A stretch of DNA of 64,000 bases from Vicugna vicugna (GCA_013265495.1 MU060965.1:744001-808000), one strand, 5' to 3'. Shown: positions 35,701 through 50,700, numbered from the stretch's first letter. The notes: generated from the sequence alone by a model not told the origin. Numbers and translations: made by a program.

Positions 35701-38700
35701 CGCTTGAGTGTCTCTGATGTGTCGTAACCTTCAGACTTGTCCTGATGGACCTGAGTGACACCAGACGGCCTCACTTTCCCACGTGGACAGAGTGGTGCTG
35801 CCGGCCTTCCCACCAGTAAAACCTCGCGTGTTCCTTCCCCTGACGGTGCCGCACCGGTCAGGTGGCTCACGGGGTGTGTGACGTGGGGAACCAGGCACAG
35901 CAGCATCAGAGGACGTGGGGACGGCCGGTACCCGGGGTGAAACCTGCAGGATGGTGACCAAGGCCAGACTTAAGGAGGGACCGCAGGCCACTCTCGAGAC
36001 AGCGCCGGCTACAGAGACGCTGTTCCCATCGCTCCTGTGCAACCTGGTGTCCTGGCAGGTGAGGGAGAAGCCAGGGCCCGCAGACGGAGAAGCAGGGACA
36101 AAAGTCTCTGTTCACAGAATCGACAAGACATACGCAGGAAAGCTAGCAGACCAGGTGTGCTTAGCGAGACCACAGAATACAAAGTTAATACATAAAAACC
36201 GACTGTGTTTGTACTTATGAGTGATGACAGTGAAAACTGAAATTGGAAAGATACCAACAGCACATTCACAAAATGATGCTTCTATGGCTTGAGCTTTTGG
36301 TGCATGACCTGAGAAATCTTTGTCTACTCCACCAAAGACATAAAATATATGGATAAATTTAAAATATATACATACATATATACGTATGTGCAAGATGTGT
36401 ATGCTGAAAACATCACGAAACACTGATGAGAGAAATTAAAGACCCAAGTTTGTGGAGAGACACCCCATGAAGGTCTGAAGACTCAGTTTTGTTAAGACGT
36501 TAACTCTCCCCAAATTAATCTGTAGACCAATGCAACCTTGGTTATTTTGGAAATTGAGAAGCTGATTGAAAATGTAAATGATAATTCAAAGGACCTAGAA
36601 TAGCAAAACAAGTCTGGGAGAGAACAAAGTTGCAGAGCTCACACTGCTGGTTTGAGACTTGCCATGAAGATACGGGAATCCAGACAGTGGAAGGAACACA
36701 GCTGTGTCAGTGCAACAGCACAGAGGAGCCAGAGGAGACCCCCGCCCCCACCACACACACAAAGCCACTTGGTTTTCAAAAGGCGCTGAGGGAACTCAGC
36801 TGCACGTCTATGAGGGAAAGTATGAATCCTGACTTCCACCTGTCACTCGAAATAAACTTAAATGTGAGAGCTAGAACTAAAATCCTTCTAGAAGAAAAAA
36901 CAAGAAAATCTTCAAAACCCGGGGGCAGGCAAAGATTTCTTAGGCATGACACCAAAAATACAGACCATAAAAGAAAGAAATTTGATAACCTGGACTTCAT
37001 CAAAATTAAGAGCTTCTCTCTTCAAAAGACACTGGTAAGAAAATGAGAAAACAAGCCACAAACTAGAAGAAGATACCTGCGAAACACGCCTGGTAAAGGG
37101 CTGCGTCCGGCACGTGCTGGAAAGAGCTGTGACCTCAGTGAGGGCAGAGCCCAGCTGGAAGGGCGAGAGGTGTGACCCACTCCCCACAGATGAGAGAGAG
37201 GCGGTAGGCCAGCGCACGAGAGGGCGCCCGGCACCATGCTTCGTCACAAACGATGCTGTGCACGTTAGAACGGCAAGAGAATTAAAAACAGAAGCTGGCG
37301 ACACCAAGCGCCAGAGAGAATCCAGAAGGGTGCAGCCAGAAAGGCAGTCCGGCGGTTTCCTGCAGAGGCAAACACACGCCTCCGGGAAGGAAAAGCTGTT
37401 CGCTTCTGCCCTTCTAGGTTCTCCGGGAACAAGGAAGATTGACAGGAGAAAAGCAGACGGAAGTTTATCCACGTGTGAATCTCAGATGTGCCTGTGGGAA
37501 CTCGGTGATGAGCAACTCAAAGAGGTGGCTGCACCTTGCAGCAACTTAACCTGAAACCACCACCACCAATTTTCAGAGACATAACGAGAAACAGGAAAAG
37601 GACTGGAGTTTCCAGGAAGGTGACTGCAGGTGGGAACCGATGCTCCAGAGAGCGGGTCAGCAAGGTCTGGGTGCGGGTTCCTTGGCGGCCCCTCGGGGCT
37701 GACAGGGTCTAGGGCGGCCTCGTCAGCTTCTGCCCGGGTTTGTGCTCCGCTGACCTTAGGACGGAGGGGTTCCCCTGCGTCTGCTCCTTCTCAAATGCCT
37801 TGGTGCAAACAAGCCCTGAGGCAAAGCGGTCAATTCAGGGGCGGCAGGGGTGCCCCGCGGCCTGACTCCTGCGTATTTTCTAAGAGAAATGGAAACACAA
37901 AGACCTGGGCAAGAATGTTAACCGTGGACACAACCCTAGCACTCATCAGGTGATGACTGGATGGACGTGGCAGGTCCACGCGACGGACACGCAGAGAGGA
38001 CGGTGTTGGGCCAAGCAGCTGGTGCCACGGCCACATTCCGCGGTTTCATTCATGTGGACAAGAAATAGATACGAGGTCGCGGTTGCCATGGGCAGGCATG
38101 TGAGGAGGACGCCAACTCCCGGGGCCGCGGGAGTTTCTGGGGAGGGAAAGTCTCCCTAATCGTGGTGCTGTTACAGCCCGGTGCACACTGGGGGACACCA
38201 CAGACTCTACCCCTGACATGAGTGAATTCGCCACCTGTAAACGATACCTCAATAAACCTTGCTTAGGAACGTAGGAATAAAGGTCTCACTCCCCTCCCCT
38301 CTGAAGAGAGAAACTGCAGAAGCCCCTCCAGCTCCGGGGCTGGAGGGACAGAGGGGCTGGTGGTACGAGCCAGGCCCCTGGGAGAGGAGGCTGGCAGAGC
38401 GGGGGAGGGACGGGGGCCCCGGCTTCTCCCCCTACTTGAGTCCCACCAGCCCTCACCCCCTCGAAGCCGGTACAGCCTCACCTCCATGCCTGCGTCTCCA
38501 GCACCCTCACTGGGACCCCCGCCCCGAGCCCACGGCCAGGCGCACATGCGGCCGCACCAGGGAACCTGAAGTGGGGCAGGCGGTGCCGGGGGCCCCACGG
38601 CAGACACTGCTTGTTTCCATGACACAAATTTATACCCTAGAACTTGGTTTCTCATCCCAGTAACAACATGATTACTAGTCGTAACTTTAAATTACCCCTG

Positions 38701-41700
38701 GAGGCCCCGACAGCCTCTTCTGCAGCTGTGAGAGTGACAGTGAAAGCACCTGGATCCGGCTGCGTGGGACACACCCTCAATTTAAAGCCACCAGGAATTG
38801 CTAAACCATGATTTTGCTGGTTATCTTTAAAAATAGCAGTGCCTTCAACAGAACGATTAATAACCAACTTGATTGTTTTGAGGGGACATAACTGCAGAAC
38901 CAATTTGAGCAAGCTCTCTGATTAAAATTAAGATACTTCAAAATTTCTTTTCCTCAGGATTGCCACTCAGAAAAAGCTCACACAGGCTCCAAGGGTTAAT
39001 CAAACTCTTCTTCATTCTGGTAAAATCTGAGCCAGCTTCATCCAGCAGAATGTCAACCCCAGCCAAGTGCTCGGCCCCTTCCCTTTCCTCTTGGGACAAA
39101 CCTCAGCGCACCCGCTGGACAGCAGGAGGTGAGTCCGGGCAGGAAATAAGCCACCACGACCCAGGAAGGACCACGGTCCTAAAAGGGGAGCCTGGTGACA
39201 GAGCCTGGGGTCAGGGCGGGTGGAGGGGGGCCCCTGGAGGGAGCAGGTGAGGGGGACGCGTCTGTCACCCTGCCAGCCCTGTCCCTGCCACAGACACGGC
39301 AGACCTGGTGCCGCTGCCCCCTGCCCTGCGGTCAGACAGGGCCACTCAGGCTCAGGAGAGCTTTCGCTCCACACGGCCGGTGCCCAGAGTCTCGGGAAAG
39401 CACAAATCTGAATGCTTGATTAAACACGAAATATTTAGACAAACCCTGGGAAGCTGCCTTCCACACGCTGGTGGGATGAACCCAGCAGGAGCGAGTTCTG
39501 AGGCGACGGCAGGGGAGGCCACCACAGGGGCCTCACGGAACGACCAGGTCAGTGTGGACATAACCCTCTGCTCCCTCGTCTCTGTGTACGACAGGTGCTG
39601 GGTCACTGGCTGTGCACCTTCAGGCAAGTGTCTAGTCCTCTCTGAGCCTCAGCAAGTGAGGGTGAGACCTCCCTCCTCGGGTGACTGAAAGGCTCATGCA
39701 GCACGGGGCCTGGCTACAGCAGGACTCAGCACATGCTGCCTCCTTTCGACTGTAAGAGCCACCTGAGGAACTGGGTGGAATTCCAGGTTCAGCCCTGGCA
39801 ACCTGGGTCCACTGCACGGATGGGGCCTGGGAACTTGGACTTCGTACACTGCTCGGCTGCAGAGAACACGTGGCTACATCTGAGCTCATCCCTACAGGAC
39901 TAGTGAGACTCAGAAGACTGAGATGCAGTAAAAAGGCTACCAGTGTCACGAGGGTGTGACAGGCAGACGGTGCAGGTCAAGAACGTGCAGGTGCAGGTGT
40001 TGGCTCTACGTGTGTTTATGGTGAGAGAGGTATAGTGGTAGAGTGGACGTGGGGAAGTTAAGCCCAGAGAACGATCTGGGTCAGATTATCAAAGGTCTTA
40101 AATGCACACTAGGGAGTATGGACTTCCTTCTCCAGGACACACCATGCAGTGTGGCCTCAAATTTGGCCATTTCTCTCTGTTTTTGTGTAAATCAGGCTCT
40201 AACTCCAGAAAAGGGTTTCTTTAGATGGGAAACTATCTATAAAACACACTGAACTTCTAAAATGGGATAAATATAATGTACAGAGGCATCTTCAAAAGTT
40301 GTCCATTCTCTGGACAAACATTCAGTGACTGCTGACCGGCTGCTGCCAGGTGTGGCAGAGAAATGATGGTCATTTCTGGGCCCTGACCCTCTTTGGAGCT
40401 TTCTCTTCGTGCCGTGGGAGCCAGTGGTCAGCTTTAAACTGGGAGGAGATGCTGACAGTCAGGCAGAGAACACACAGCTCTGGTACGGGAGTGGGGAGTG
40501 GCTGGAGGGGCGAGGGCCAAGCCGGAAGAGCTGGCTGCCACGGGGATAGGAAGAAGGGTGGCTCCCATTGCGGACCTGGTGGGTCAGCAGGAGGGGAGGT
40601 GGGGCAGGTGCGGGTTTAGCGGGCAGTGATGAATCTTCAGTGGCCACCATGAGACCAGCATGCCAGACACAACCCTGGGGCCTGCGGGGCCTGAGAGCTT
40701 AGGAAAAACCACTCACGGTGCGAGGTAGGGCTGGGGACAGACAGAGCTGCAGGGAGTGGCCACCTGTCTTGAGTGCTGCTGGCCTGGATGCAAACACGCC
40801 TGACCAGCCACGTGTGGGTGGCGAGGAGCTGGTGGGACGCCCCAGGAGTGGGGGACATGGTGACGCAGAGTCTGCAGGGTCAGATGCACGTAGACTCCAC
40901 TGCTCTGCCCAGGAGGTAAGCACCCAAACGCCTCCAGCCAGGAGTGGCCAGGCCACCAACAGTTAGCTCGGGTCCCACGGCCACAGCTAGGCCCACGCAG
41001 GGCTGCTCTGCTCTAATTGCGGTGCCTCGGGGGACAGACAGGGTTTTCCTGGGACAGAGCTGCACTTGCCAGACTGGTGGCTCTTGGCTCCTCCACATTC
41101 AAGGTGGGCTCACCCTCTCCAGGACGCTAGTGCCCCTGAGAGCACCCCAACATGTCCGAGAGCACACCAATACATCTGAGTGTACCCCAACAGGTCTGAG
41201 AGCACCCCAATACCACCCAACCCTCCATGGAGAGGTGCTGAGGGTCAGGAACCGGCAAGGCCTGGGGACAGGGGGAGGGTCACCTGGCACACTGGCCCCT
41301 TCAAGAAGCCCTTGGAAGTCATTTGGGGGCGCCCACCTTTGCCTCGAAGGATAGCCTCAAAACTTCTGCTGGCATGTCCCAGTGTCCCCACTTATGGGCT
41401 GTCACCCTGCATAGGCTGGCAGGCGGGGTCCGGAACAGCCAGCAAGGGCAGGTGGAAAATGCAGGCATGACTAGCTCAGAACGGGGTGTCCAAAAGAGGC
41501 GCCCCGATCCTGCCAGGACAAGACTGTTCAGAGGAGGCGGGGAGAACACGGAAAGCCCGTCGGCACCTACCTATGATGGAGTCCCTCCGGAACACGTCTC
41601 TGTCGAAAACGTAGAAGGACAGGTGGCGGAAGCTCCTCGGGATCTCGCAGTAGAAGTCTTCTCCATAGAAGGGGCTGGACAGAGACAGCAGGGCGGTTAG

Positions 41701-44700
41701 TCGTGGCCAGGCTGCGTCGCCGCGTGGGGCCCACCCGGCACTGCACCCGGGTTCCCATGGGAGGCGGGAACTGCAGCTCCTCAGCTGGGTGAAAATGAAC
41801 CAGTGCCAACAGGTGCGGACACCCTCCCCACGGCGGCCCCAGCGTTGCCCCTTCCCCTGAGACGAGTGAGCAGTGGGCTCAGCGCATGCAGCCCCCGGGA
41901 AGGCTCGCTGTCCGTGTTAGAAGCACAGCTCCAAGACCCTGCGTCAGACAGCACCTCCTTTTCTAGAACTCACGGTGACAACCGCATACCTCTTGCCTCC
42001 CTAGCAGGGCCTGCATGCAGAGCTGGAGCGAGGAGCCCCGGGTCGCGGGATCGTGGGGTCACGGAGTCACGGAGTCACGGGGTGAGAAGCGGGGGAGGAC
42101 TGCGCATCAGTGGGGAGGGGAGAAGGGCCGTGGGCGGTCGGATGAGACCAGTCCAGAAGGGCCCACGGCTGGTGCTGTCCACATGGGACCCACGGCCGAG
42201 TCAGGGAGCAGGAGGAGGGGCTGACCGAGCCGAGATTGGTGAGAACCCAGAAACCAGCCCTTCCAGCGTGAAAGGCCCCAGGATGGAGGTCATGCCTGAG
42301 AGAGCACCGAGGGCGGGCTTGCAGGCCGCGTGGTCCTGGTAGACAGAGACCGCCTCCCGCCACGCACAGGAGCCGACTCAGAGCACCGCACACCTGAGCG
42401 CGAGGCCAATCCGAGACACGTGGACGAAAACATAGGAATAATTCTTTGTGACCGGAGTTAGGTAACAATTTCTCAGATACAGCAAAAGCACAACAGCTAA
42501 AAGAAAAAACCTGGTAAGCCAGACTTCATCAAGATTAAAAATACTAAACATTTTTGCGTTTTAAAAGACACGAGGAAGTTAAAAGGCTGCTCCTCAGCCC
42601 GCGAGTCCACCTGGATGGAGCAGGGGCACAGCCTGGGCCTGAGCCGAGCCTGTAGCCAGAGGCCAGGAGACCCCTTGCTGGGGTTAACCTCCAGAGCCAG
42701 TCACAGGCCATGTCACCCGGGAATGGGGCTGCCCTCAGGCGGGGGGCACAGAGCCTGCGGGTGCAGGTTTGCCAGGAAGCTGTGACGGTCAGAGCCACCC
42801 ATGACAGCAGAAGATGGGGACGCCACAGGGCTGGACCGCCGGGGCTGGAGAGGGGAGGTGCAGCAGTGGGAACAGGGCTAGCACAGAGGCCCCAGGCGGA
42901 AGGAACAGGCAGACCAGGCGGCGAGGGTGCGGAGGGCGGCCCTGGGGACTGGGGACCTGGAGTCTGGGTTCCGGGTTCATTTTAATGAGAAGCACCAGAT
43001 GGTTTGAAGGAGTTAGATTTAAACTCCTAAATGTGTAGTTCATCCAACCTCTGTTTACCAGGGGCTGTGGTCCTGCTGGGGCACAGCCCCTGCCCGCCCT
43101 GCGGCCGTGGTCAGCAGCCAAGTGAAACCTTGGTGTTTGAGATGCAGTGGGTGCCACAGAGCCGGGTCATGTCCTGATGGGTGAACATCTGAGCACGTGA
43201 ACAGGGAAGGACCACGGGGAGACAGGGAAGAGGTTCCAGGTAGCCGAAACTGTGTGTGCAAAGGCCCTGGGGCTGCAGGACTCAAGGGTGAGGAGGCTGG
43301 TGTGGCCAGGACGAGAGAGAGGGGCTGGAAGCTGGGAGCTAAGGCCAGACCAGGCAGGGGGGTGAGCAGGGGGTCTGGCTCACAAAATACGGAAGGTGGG
43401 GCTGACGGACAGACTGCTGCGAGTGCCTGCTCCCTCGGGTCATGGAGGGTCAGGGGAGAGGGCAGGAGTGGTGGGCCAGTAAGGCAGCTGTCAGCAGGGA
43501 GGATGTGACCGTGGACAGTGCCCAGGGGACAGGACAGGACGGTCCCGCACCCGGACGGCGCTCCCCGCAGACCACAGCGGCTGTCCAGGCCAGGAGGGAG
43601 GGCGCGGCCACGGACAGCGTGGCAGCCCCCAGACCAGCAGCGACTCGACGGCCTTGGGACCGCTCATCTGCAGACACCGTTGCCCAAGTGACTGTGCCCA
43701 ATCCTTGCCCAAACTGAGCACACGTATCCCAGGAAGATGCCACTCTTCACAGAAAGCTGATTCATAAGTAGACTTGTATGTACATTTTTCCTGCATTTTC
43801 CTGTGTTCTCAACTCCTTTGTGGCCTGGATTCTGTTTGCTTTAAAAGGGACACGCCCGTGAAAAGGACCACCCCTTTCACCTTAACTGAAGAGAGAAAGC
43901 TGCTTTTTCTCTCCAAGAATAAAAATCTATTGAGGATTTAAAATCAAAATTAGACCCACTAAGAGGCTAGAATCAAAGACAGAGAGTAGCAAACGTCAGG
44001 GAGGACGCAGAGGAGCCTGAACTGTCATCCCCTGCTTGAAGGAACAGAAGATGGGGTAAACCCGGAGCAACCTCTGTGGCCCAACAACCTGCCCCAGGCC
44101 GATGCCCCGGAGCAGCGAACACACAGCCGCACAGAAACTGGGGCCTGCAGGCCTGCAGAAGAAACGACGACAGGTGCTCGGGAGGGGCCCTGACCCACCG
44201 GAGCCCCAGCCCCATAAGCTCCAGCACCCGCGACAACCAGACGCACCTGTCAGACACGATGCCCCGCGCGGGAAGCAGACTCCCACGGGCACGCGGTGTG
44301 TGGCTCCTACGCGATGTGCCCTGCCAGGCCTGCCCACGACGCAGAGCGGACGTGCGGTAGCCAGGGGCGGGGAGCAGCTAAAGGGAATGGGTTTCTTTTT
44401 AGGGAGATGAAAACGTTCTAAACGTGATTGTGGTGATGGCCACACAGCTCTGAATATACTAAACACCAACTGTACATCTCCAATGGGCAAATTACACGGT
44501 GCGTGAACTGTATCTCAAAAGCTATCTTTCAAAAACCAAAATTTTAAAAATACATAGAGATGTCAGAAGGTGAAAAACAGAATTACATTCTTGGGTTAGT
44601 ATATCCTGTCCTAGTTTTTTTCTCTAAAGATAAATGGATATAGACTAAAAGTAAAAACAAACAAAGACACATTTTTAAAATAAAAGTGGGATTACATCAT

Positions 44701-47700
44701 TTACCCTGACCCACAGTCAGCTTCTACCATTAGCATCAGGCTACGGACCACTGCCCAAATAAGTAAATAAAACGTTAGTGGGCAGACAGCTCCTGAGGTC
44801 TGAGTGACCACAGCTGCCAGGACACCCCTCTCACACGATGGGCAGCAAGTCCTCCGACTTCGCTCCAGAGGTGGCAGTAGCCCGGTGTCGGCCCCTCAGA
44901 ACAGATCCGGTGGCTCCACAGAAGCAGGAGGGCTACTTGCCGTGCTGGACCCTAAGGAAGTGGGACCCCGCCAGCACGGAGTCTGATCAACACTCACAAA
45001 CTCGGCTAAACTGGTGACCATGACAACCTCCAGCTTTCATCGAAAAGTTTAAATTATTGGTAAGGGTGCGTATCTATCAAAAGTGTGGGACCATTTTTTG
45101 TTTCATTTTGTGTTGAAGTGCCTTTGGCCCGTTTTCTATTAAATGTCCATCTTTTCATATTTCTTTCATGTTCAGGACACTAATCCACTGATAACTTTCA
45201 AATCTGTGTTTTAAGTTAAAAGACACAATGCTCATGCCCAACATACAAGGAATGCATTTGTTCATGACACCTGTCAGTTACAGGCAGGCAGGCAGGCAGG
45301 CAGGCGGCCTGGCCACTTCCGAAAATGCCCCACTGGAGCCTCCAGGGGGTTCCTGCACAAAGGCCACCTCGGCCCAGACAGCAGCACCTCTCAGGGTAGA
45401 GGCGGGAGCACCAGCACCTCCCACCTCGAGCAGGCCCACTGGATGAGACGGTGCCCCCGGCGCCAGCACACACCGGGCCACAGTCAAGGCCACCACTCTC
45501 GCTGGACAGGAGAGCCCGCACATGTCCCTGCAGGGCTGCAGAGGAGGAAGCATATCACGGACCACGGGCCAGGGCGAGACGCCCCCACACGCCTGCGAGC
45601 GGGTCTTTCCCTGCTGGGGGATACCAGGGGCCATGCAGCCCGAGTCCCGCCCGTCGGCACCTCCACCCAGTGTCTCTCGCACAGGTCAGCATGGCAGGTG
45701 TGGCCTTTATGCCCCCGCACAGTTGCAGGCTTTTCCAAATAAAGGAAAAGTGGGCCCAGAGGGCTTAGCCCCTTAAGTGCCGCTGTCTGACAGGGGAAGT
45801 TAATCCACGCAGCGAGGTGGCCAGCGTGCTAGGCGGGGTGACTGCTGGGACAAGTGCAGAACGCGGGAGCAAGCTTGGAAGGAAATGAGGAGAAGCTCTG
45901 ACACGGGGGTGGGGTGGGGGGGCGCCCCCTTTCCTCCTCCCTGAGCCCAGTTGTGCAGCAGCAGACGGCGGCGGGGGGGGGGCCCAGAGTCACTTCCCAG
46001 CATCAGCGTGAGGCCGGCCCCGCCCACCCTACCCAGTGGCCAGACAGCAGCTTTGCTCCTGAGGAAAGCGCCTGGTTTTCCCGTTTCATGCTGTGTCGCC
46101 AACACCAGCGCCCGTTTCCGGTGTGGGGAGCTGGCTTTCCTCTGGGCAGGGGGGCCGCATGCACCCCACATCCGGTCCCTGGTGAGAGGCCACTTGTGCC
46201 TTGATGTGCCACAGAGCAGGGGACCTGCGATGCCCCCACGGCCCCATGGCCCACCCCCTGGCCCAGCGAGACCTGGGAGCCAGGCAGGCAGGGCCAGTTT
46301 TCCACAAAGGGCACCAGCCTGGCTCTCAGCCGCTCAGTGTTCGGCGAATAAACGTGCAGGTGGCTAAACCATTAACTAAAACCTGGATTAAAATTCATTA
46401 AACCAAATACTAAGTGCAAATAGGGTTAGAGTTGGAGAGGGTGGGGAGGGTGCAGCCTGTGCCCCACACGGGCTGTTGGGGCCCGAGGGGTCCCAGCACC
46501 CGCGTGCAGCCCTGGGAAGGCACCTCAGATACAAGACTCCTACAGCTCCTAGAGGCAGGAGAAGACCCTTCCCCGTTCCTTCTAAGTCCACCTCCCACTT
46601 CCTTTAAACAGTGACTTTAAACTCCTGTAAAGTCCCCGTGCAGCCTGGCCCCTCGGCCTCTGAGCGCTCATCGTGAAAGCTTTCCTCTGAGGCTCCAGTA
46701 AGACCCTGCGTCTTACTCCAACCTCAGGGGTCACTGCAAGCAGCAGCCCCGCGGGGAAGGGCAGCTCCCAGGAGAGGTCGCTGCTCTGTCACCACGAAGG
46801 ACAGGGTGAAGAAGTGAGGGCCTGTCTCACAGTGGCGTGAAGATCTGAAACAGGGACCAGAGGCTGTAGCTCCCTTCAACCGGAAGAACACGCTGCGGTC
46901 AGATCACAGTTTCTGTCCAAACACTGGAGAGAAGTGTCCTGCCTGGACCCCACCTGGGCCAATCCGCTGTGGCCTCATGGGACACAGGGGAAATGTGGAG
47001 ACATGAGGGCGCTGGCCAGCAGGCAGCCTGGGGCAGGTGGACGGGGCTGCTGATGGCCTACCAGAAGCACCGGGACCCCAGCTGCACGTCCGTGCCTCAG
47101 AGCCCGAGCCATGGTGGGCGACCCACCACCCGTTTTCCTGGCCAGTGCAAGGCAGACGGCCACGTGGCCCCAGAACATTACTCTCTGCTCTGAGACTCCG
47201 TATCTCCCTCCCTCCGCAGAAACCCTGCTCACATGGGTCCACCAGACCCTGCTCGGCTCACCACCGACACGGGGCTCCCACATGCAGACCCTCCTCTCAC
47301 CCCCACGACCCCGAGAAATCACATATCCTTACCAACAAATTACAAACCACCACACTGATCTGTTAGGGCCCAGCCATGCTCCTTAAAGTACTTGAAACAA
47401 GGACTCCTAGGGAAAGCCAGCAGGACTCCAAAATCTTCAGAAAAGCCCTGGCGGGGAGGAAATTGGGGAGGGCCCCGGGGCCGTGAGCTTGTGAGGAGCC
47501 AAGAGGAAAGCCATTAACCACAGCGTCCTGACAGCCAGGCACTGCCTGGCCCACTGATCCGCAAGGACTGACCAGGGAGGGTGGACAGGGCAGACTCGGC
47601 TCCTCCCCACTTGGGACATCCTGCACGCAGACCCACAGCCTTCCCTGCAGGGTGGTCTCTTCCCGCAGGGGTCCAGCCACACCTGGGCCTGGGCACCGCG

Positions 47701-50700
47701 GTCAGCTGGGCATCTGGGAAGCTCTGAGAAAAGCTCTGCACCCTGTGACTTAGGGCCTGAGGGAGGATGGGAGCCAGATGTTGGCGGTGGGGGGATGCTC
47801 TGAGCTGCAGGCCCGCCCCTCAGGGAGCTCCCCAGAACCGTGGGGCAGGACCCACCTCCTCCAGATGATGTGGAATGTCTGGGCCTGAGGCCTATGTTTA
47901 TGTCAGAAAGATTTTAAGCTTTAACTTGAGAAATTAGAGAGAAGAGAAATGTCAGGGAAGATGACACTATTTGTAGAGTCTCAGTTTCAAAGTTGGTGTT
48001 TTCAAGTCAGCAACTTGGTTTTCATTAAAAACATCTGATAAAGTGAAGTCTTTCCTCCCAAACCACAGGCTTCCTCCCGTCCCTGTCAGATGCTTCTCCC
48101 TCCTGGAGCCCGCGGACCGTCCTCGGTTTGGTCACCTCCCCGGACAGCAGCCCTGCTCCTGAGCAGCATGCCTCGCTTCGGGAAGGCTCTCGCTGCGAAC
48201 ACGGGATGGGAGACCCTGGAGCCACTTCCAAGCGGACAAGCAAGGCGGGGAAACGGTCCTCTTACTAACCTCCACCTTCACGTGAAAAAAGGAAAAATAC
48301 AAACAAAAGAACAGAGCACCCCCGCCATCCCACTGCCCAGAAAAAGCAGCCACACTGACGTTTCTGTCCACGCACTCCAGGCCGCTTTTGGCGTCATCCC
48401 AAGTCCATGAACAAAAAGGAATCTTACTGCAAACACAACCTTGGAACTTGCCTTCACTGCTCAGCAGACATGCAAGCACGGTTCCCACCACAGCAGGGGG
48501 GCCGTGAGGGCTCTGCCTGTGGGAAGGAGGAGCCCCCCAGGCCCTGAGAGGAAGCAGGAGGGAGGGGCTCCCGGGCTGGATGGGGTGGTGCAGGCTGGGC
48601 TGGGGGCGGGGGGGAGCGGTCCGGGGGAGGTCTGCGACCTCAGGCAGCTCCGCACAGAGCCAGGAGCCGTCTTCCTGTGTGTCGTGGGGACTTTGTGGGG
48701 GAAGACAGCCGATACCACCCCCAAAATAACCGCTTAAATGGACAAAAGGAAACGAAAAACTGCTATTTCATGGAACGTTCCAGTAAACAGTTGGGCCATC
48801 CTGGCACTTAAAAGCTCTTATTTTTAACTACCTATTTTTTTGCCTGTAATATCAACATGTTCCTTTTACTGGATAAAATGGTGACTCCTCCAGGTGCAGC
48901 CTTTGCCCCCCAACCCTCCCCATTCTAGAGGCAGGAAGTGGCCCTCCGGGGACCCCAGGGTGCTCTCAACAGATGCGCTGAGGCAGGCGGCTGCGTCCTA
49001 GCCCTGGCCCTGACAACCCAATTTCACACATCCTTTTAGTTTAAATAAACGTAAAATAATGGCTTGCCTTCTAAATGATCAAAAACTACAGCTCTAGAGA
49101 GTTAAATGTGAACCAAGGCACTTGCAGCATCAGGAAGATTTTGTTCCCCCAAATCACTCTCCAGGGAAAGGGACGGCCTGGGACAAAGGCCGTGTTCTCC
49201 CCGACGCATCGGACCCAGAGAGATTCCAGCAGGAAATCCGCAGCAGAGCCCCCTCTCCACCTCCACACTCCACGTCAGAGACACAGGGAGAGGAAGACGG
49301 AAGCCAGCAGTGCCCGCTCACTGGTGAGCAGCGCCCCATCCCCGGGTCCCCTCCCCTTTCTCACGCGACACCGGCACTTCATGCGGATAGAGGACAAGCC
49401 TCTCTGGGCAGTGCTGACCGGTGTCAGGCCTGCCGGCTCTTCTGAGTCCAGGTCGGCAATGGTGCCAAATAAACGACCAGACCTGACAGGTCATGCTGAG
49501 CTGGAGGGCAACTCGGGAAGTCGGGGCCACGAAACAGCCGGGGGAGCAGCCACCCCCTTGGGACAACCATGAACCCGGACGATGGCCGTGCTGGTGGCAG
49601 GTCCAGGAGGTGATGTCCTCCCGTCTCCCAGGTGGGTCCCCTCCTTCCACCCTCGCAGCTGCCAGCGGAGCTGCCAGTCTGTGCCTCCGTCTTCTCCCTC
49701 TGGACACGGCCCCTCGGGAAGGTGAGCTGCATCGAACCACCACCTCTCATCCTCACAAGAGGCCTCTCGCCTTTGAGCTCCCTCGAGGTGTGATGACGCA
49801 TCCCTCTGCCTGCCGAGTCTCCACCTTCTTCACACTTTCTGTTCTTTGAGTCTCTGGGGTATATTTCAAATCCATTTCCTGGTTTACCAATTTTCCCTTC
49901 AGCTAAGTCTAGCCAGCTATTTAACTCATCCACTGAGTTTTTCATTTACATTCTTTTGAACTTCACTTCTGGAATTCTATTCAGTTCTTCCTCATCATGG
50001 TTCAGGCATTCTCCATTGTTTCTCCTCCTGCTTTCTCCTGTTTTCAGTCTTGTCTCTCATTGCTTTAAGTTCCCCACTCCCTGTTCCTGACGCCTGCAGG
50101 TCCGATTCTGCGGTCTGTAGTTTCTCTTGGCAAATGCAAGTGGCACTATCTCCTGTGTCCTTGGTGCATTTTCTCCTCTGAGCTCAAGTTCCCCGGAACA
50201 CTATCCCGGAAAATCCCAAGACCTGGATTGAAGGAGAGGACTGGATTTGCTTTCAACGGACCTACTGACCCTCCGTGGGCGTTACAAACCATGCATCTAG
50301 GACTGCACTAACGTATGTGGTGGGGTGGGGCTTTTGGACCACAGACATGGTGTGGATTCAGGCACATACTCACAAGAGTCAGTTTTTGGTTTCAAGTATT
50401 TGGCTCCAAGTGGAGGCACAAGAGTCCGTGCTAACTTCTCCCACGAAGCAGGCTTACCTGCTTTTGCCCTTACACACCGCAGAGTCGAGCTCTGGGGTAG
50501 CCAGCCTGCCCTCTGCAGTGTGAGTAGGGTTTTGCCTCAATTATAAACAGCCATGAACATCCACGTTTTTTAAGCTCTTGTAACTGTTTTGTGTAGGTTT
50601 GTCTCTTTCTCTGCTGTCAGTTTTAACTTTCTGCTTAACAGTACCCTCTCCTTATCTGGCATATGAGATAAGCACTCAATAAATATTAATTGAGCTAATA

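Noticed and set aside
49424-49945. 173-aa minus-strand ORF
   Set aside because: Its N-terminal part is an L1 ORF1 relic and the rest is non-coding read-through; it is not a gene.
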